Notes under the pieces: generated by a model | Told to the model about the DNA's origin: nothing | The model's database searches: none | What the model saw: the letters and a program-made list of their open reading frames with translations, nothing else | Source of the DNA: a virus | Reading direction: 5' to 3' (one strand) | DNA: 38,040 nucleotides | UHGV virus genome: UHGV-0192593 | Program-made: the position numbers and the translations under genes | In this document: positions 35,347 through 38,040 of the stretch, one piece after another | Numbering within the stretch: the stretch's first letter is position 1 | Layout of the letters: every line of letters begins with the position of its first letter

Positions 35347-36267
35347 GTGGCAAGACCGACTAAGAAAGGTCTTGATTATTTTCCTCTAGATGTCGATTTT
35401 TTATCAGATCTAAAAGTTCGAAGAATTATTAAAGCATGCGGTAAAGAAGCCGTTCATATACTGGTCGCCCTGCTGGCTAATATTTATCGAGATGAGGGGT
35501 ATTACGTTTTGTGGGATGACGACCTTGCGTTCTTAGTGGCTGACGAAGTTGGTACGAAGGAGGGCACAGTTGAAGAACTGGTGAAAAAAGCCGTGCAAGT
35601 AAAATTCTTTGATAAAGATATTTTTGATAAATACTCCGTATTAACTTCTAAAGGTATTCAAAGCAGATACATTTTGGCCACTAAGGAACGCAAAAAAGTT
35701 GAGCTTGAATATAAGTATTTGCTGACAAATGAAGTTAATCGATCGAATATCTCGATTAATGGGCGGAATAACTCGGTTAATCAGGGGAATAATCAACAAA
35801 GTAAAGAAAAGGAAAGTAAAGAAAAGGAAATAAAAGAAGATGCTACTGCGAGCGAGAGTGCGTCTCTTGAAACTTTTCAAAAGTTATGGCTCTTTCCGAA
35901 TGTTGTACAGGTCGATGATCTACTTAATCTGGTGGATATTTATGGCGATGAACTTGTAAATGCTGCAATTAAACTTGCTGGTAGTAAAGACGTTCCTAAG
36001 AATCGAGCCATTAGTTTTTTAACAGCTTCTCTACAGGAATGGGCAGATGCTAACGTAAAAACCATTGAACAGGCAAGGGAGTACCAACGGACAAGAGGTG
36101 CTAAAAAGCAAGGATATAATCAAAAGCCGATTCGTGAAGAACAGCTTCCTGATTGGGCAGAAAATCCGGTTGAAGAACCTCAGATTTCTCCAGAGAGACA
36201 GGCTGAAATTGATTCCAAGCTAGCTGCCTATTTAAGCAAAAAGAATCAGCGAAAGGAGCAAGATTAG
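35347..36267 (+). CDS. Phage replisome organiser (Lin1244/Lin1753 N-terminal domain with a DnaD-like C-terminus).
   Basis: N-terminus ARPTKKGLDYFPLDVDFLSDLKVRRI. AGGAGG RBS with a GTG start. Confidence 0.65.
   Translation: MARPTKKGLDYFPLDVDFLSDLKVRRIIKACGKEAVHILVALLANIYRDEGYYVLWDDDLAFLVADEVGTKEGTVEELVKKAVQVKFFDKDIFDKYSVLTSKGIQSRYILATKERKKVELEYKYLLTNEVNRSNISINGRNNSVNQGNNQQSKEKESKEKEIKEDATASESASLETFQKLWLFPNVVQVDDLLNLVDIYGDELVNAAIKLAGSKDVPKNRAISFLTASLQEWADANVKTIEQAREYQRTRGAKKQGYNQKPIREEQLPDWAENPVEEPQISPERQAEIDSKLAAYLSKKNQRKEQD
35800..35829 (+). repeat. Perfect 15-bp tandem repeat (AGTAAAGAAAAGGAA, two copies) inside the replisome organiser gene.
   Basis: Encodes SKEKE twice in a low-complexity linker. 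Possible iteron or ori element. Confidence 0.5.
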
Positions 36268-36674
36268 TGAAACTCATTATTCCTATTGCGCCTAAACCAC
36301 AGTCGAGACCACGGTTCACCAAACATCGTAAGACTCCTTACGAGGAAACAGCAATGAAATCATACAAAAATGCGGTTAAGTATCACGCTATGGCCACAAA
36401 GCCGCTGCTGATTGAGAAAGGGCCTGTAATGGTTGATGTCTGCTTTTTTATCTATCCACCGGCTTATATCTCGAAAGTAAAGAAAAACAGGACTTTGCTT
36501 GATGATGAGACCATGTACTGCGATAAGAAGCCAGACATTGACAATTACTTTAAAGCTGTAACCGATGCAGTAAACGGCATTTTGTATAAGGATGATGGAC
36601 AAATTGCTGTGAATGTAAGCCGCAAGGTATACAGTTGGAACCCACGTACAGAAATTGAAATTCAACCACTTTAG
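36267..36674 (+). CDS. rusA: RusA-family Holliday junction resolvase.
   Basis: N-terminus KLIIPIAPKPQSRPRF and a size of 135 aa. The GTG start overlaps the upstream stop. Confidence 0.65.
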   Translation: MKLIIPIAPKPQSRPRFTKHRKTPYEETAMKSYKNAVKYHAMATKPLLIEKGPVMVDVCFFIYPPAYISKVKKNRTLLDDETMYCDKKPDIDNYFKAVTDAVNGILYKDDGQIAVNVSRKVYSWNPRTEIEIQPL

Positions 36675-36685
36675 GAGGAAAAACC

Positions 36686-36964
36686 ATGAGAATACAAGAC
36701 ACTTTTGTCATTCATCCGGAAGGACGTCGCTTTGAGATTCAACCGAAGGTCAGACCAGCAAAAACAAAAGTAAAAGTCGGCAAGATCTACAACTGTGCCA
36801 TCGAAGGATTTTCGGGACTGGTTAGAGCAGAATGTCTGAAAATTTACGAGAAATCTGCACATGTGAGAATTATTGTCTGTCATAAGGAACAAGACGAGTG
36901 GCGGCAGAAAGTTCTTGGTGATCAAACTGTTGTTAAGCTGAAAAATATGGTTTTAGCTAGATAA
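36686..36964 (+). CDS. Hypothetical protein.
   Basis: AGGAGG RBS. Confidence 0.5.
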   Translation: MRIQDTFVIHPEGRRFEIQPKVRPAKTKVKVGKIYNCAIEGFSGLVRAECLKIYEKSAHVRIIVCHKEQDEWRQKVLGDQTVVKLKNMVLAR

Positions 36965-36996
36965 GGAGTTTGTAATCGGAAGAAAGAAGGTATTTT

Positions 36997-37269
36997 ATGG
37001 GAGAAATGGCTGAATACTGGAAAGATGCGAAGCCTTACCTGAAAGAGCGTAGAAAGCAGCATGTTAAGCGCATGGGCGATTCAGCGATAAAAAATATCAA
37101 GTCTTTGGGTTTTGAGTTTACCCATTATCCAAATAATCATCAATTTGCGATCAATACGCCAAAAGGCATGATTGATTATTGGGGAACAACTGGTACTTGG
37201 ATTGATCGGAAATCGAAAAGACGTGGCAGAGGTCTGCATAGTCTGAGGAAATTCGTTAGCGGTCGTTAG
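36997..37269 (+). CDS. Hypothetical basic protein.
   Basis: ORF with a purine-rich RBS. Confidence 0.45.
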   Translation: MGEMAEYWKDAKPYLKERRKQHVKRMGDSAIKNIKSLGFEFTHYPNNHQFAINTPKGMIDYWGTTGTWIDRKSKRRGRGLHSLRKFVSGR

Positions 37270-37395
37270 TCAGCAATTGGAAGATATTACCAACTTGAGA
37301 ATCTGTGTTTTAGAAAATAAAAAAGAAACTCAAAAGTTATTTTTTTACTGATATATTCAATATATACTAAATTAAAGTCAAGAAGAATATTTGAT

Positions 37396-37914
37396 CTATC
37401 GATTATGATATTCATCGAAAGATAACGAATAAACCTTGGTAGTTATGTTGATATCATCATTCAATTCCGAAACAAGTTTCATACCCAGATTCTCTGCCAC
37501 TCTTTGGGAAGCGATATTTGAATATTTCATGTAGGAATATATTTCTGGAAATTTCAAAACATTGAAAGCATAATCTCTACAGGCCTTTGCAGCTTCAGTT
37601 GCATAACCATTTCTAGTGTACAATTTGTTAATATGATATCCAATTTCGGGAAGAAGCTGACCATCAATTTGTTGCATCGTGATTCCGCAATCGCCAATAA
37701 AAAGATTATTTTGTTTTAAAATGACAGCCCAAAGGCCAAATCCAAGTTTGAGATAATTTTCGAGATTCCACTCTATCCACTGCATAGATTTTTCACGCGA
37801 AAATGGTTTTGGATAGTGTTTCATAGATTCTGGATCGGAAAAAATAAGATGGAGATCGTCAAGGTCACTTTTCTCCATTCTTCTTAATATTAGTCTGGGT
37901 GTTTCAATTATCAT
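37396..37914 (-). CDS. GNAT-family N-acetyltransferase (RimJ/RimL-like).
   Basis: ETPRLILR N-terminus and the LWAVI...GDCG...RNGYATEA acetyl-CoA-binding region. AGGAGTGG RBS before the internal ATG at 37914. Confidence 0.65.
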   Translation of the reverse strand: MIIETPRLILRRMEKSDLDDLHLIFSDPESMKHYPKPFSREKSMQWIEWNLENYLKLGFGLWAVILKQNNLFIGDCGITMQQIDGQLLPEIGYHINKLYTRNGYATEAAKACRDYAFNVLKFPEIYSYMKYSNIASQRVAENLGMKLVSELNDDINITTKVYSLSFDEYHNR

Positions 37915-38040
37915 GTGGATTCCACTCCTAAACTTAAAATCTCGCCTATATTGATACAATTATGCCATATGCGAAACAATACAACAAGTTACTTCCGTCA
38001 AAATTACTGGATGGAAGAAATAAACAACTAGGAGGAAAGG

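Larger units (their letters stand above)
1..38040. mobile_element. Near-complete temperate siphovirus-like phage or prophage genome. It carries integrase, a lysogeny switch, replication, packaging, head, tail and lysis modules, and appears circularly permuted.
   Basis: Contiguous phage modules on both strands. The window ends with AGGAGGAAAGG and begins with ATG, so the two ends join as an RBS followed by a start codon. The integrase is internal rather than at an edge. Confidence 0.8.

Noticed and set aside
1-38040. A CRISPR array, rRNA genes, or an IS/transposase.
   Set aside because: No short regularly spaced direct repeats, no rRNA-like conserved segments, and no DDE transposase-like ORFs or terminal inverted repeats were seen. 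The only recombinase is the phage tyrosine integrase.

Overview
This window is essentially a complete genome of a temperate siphovirus-like phage or prophage from a low-GC Gram-positive host (Lactobacillales-type codon usage; GC looks to be about 38-40% by eye). The map appears circularly permuted. The last bases of the window are an AGGAGG ribosome-binding site and the first bases are the ATG of ORF 1..498. The integrase and attP region lie mid-window between the lysis cassette and the lysogeny switch. Gene order is: early/middle genes (YopX, ArpU-like late regulator); a structured non-coding region; terS, terL, portal, Mu-F-like minor head protein; XkdF-like protease/scaffold; major capsid; head-tail connectors; major tail; chaperone and Gp15-like protein; tape measure; a large Dit; a 1352-aa Tal/RBP with collagen-like repeats; holin; CHAP endolysin. 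Next comes a cargo zone: a three-gene operon led by a PARP/diphtheria-toxin-like ADP-ribosyltransferase, and a convergent YolD-like operon. This is followed by the attP-like repeat region and a tyrosine integrase. Three further cargo genes follow the integrase (a standalone HsdR-N-type PD-(D/E)XK nuclease, a small PH-like protein, and a small ORF translationally coupled to int). The lysogeny switch is an ImmA metalloprotease with an XRE repressor, divergent PL/PR promoters carrying TACTAC-N5-GTAGTA operators, and a Cro-like gene. The recombination/replication module is YqaJ exonuclease, RecT, a Lin1244/DnaD-like replisome organiser and RusA, and an antisense GNAT acetyltransferase closes the window. 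Several AT-rich, independently promoted cargo loci look recently acquired. The ADP-ribosyltransferase operon is the best candidate for an undescribed phage-borne system. All calls rest on reading motifs and signals by eye; nothing was searched or computed.
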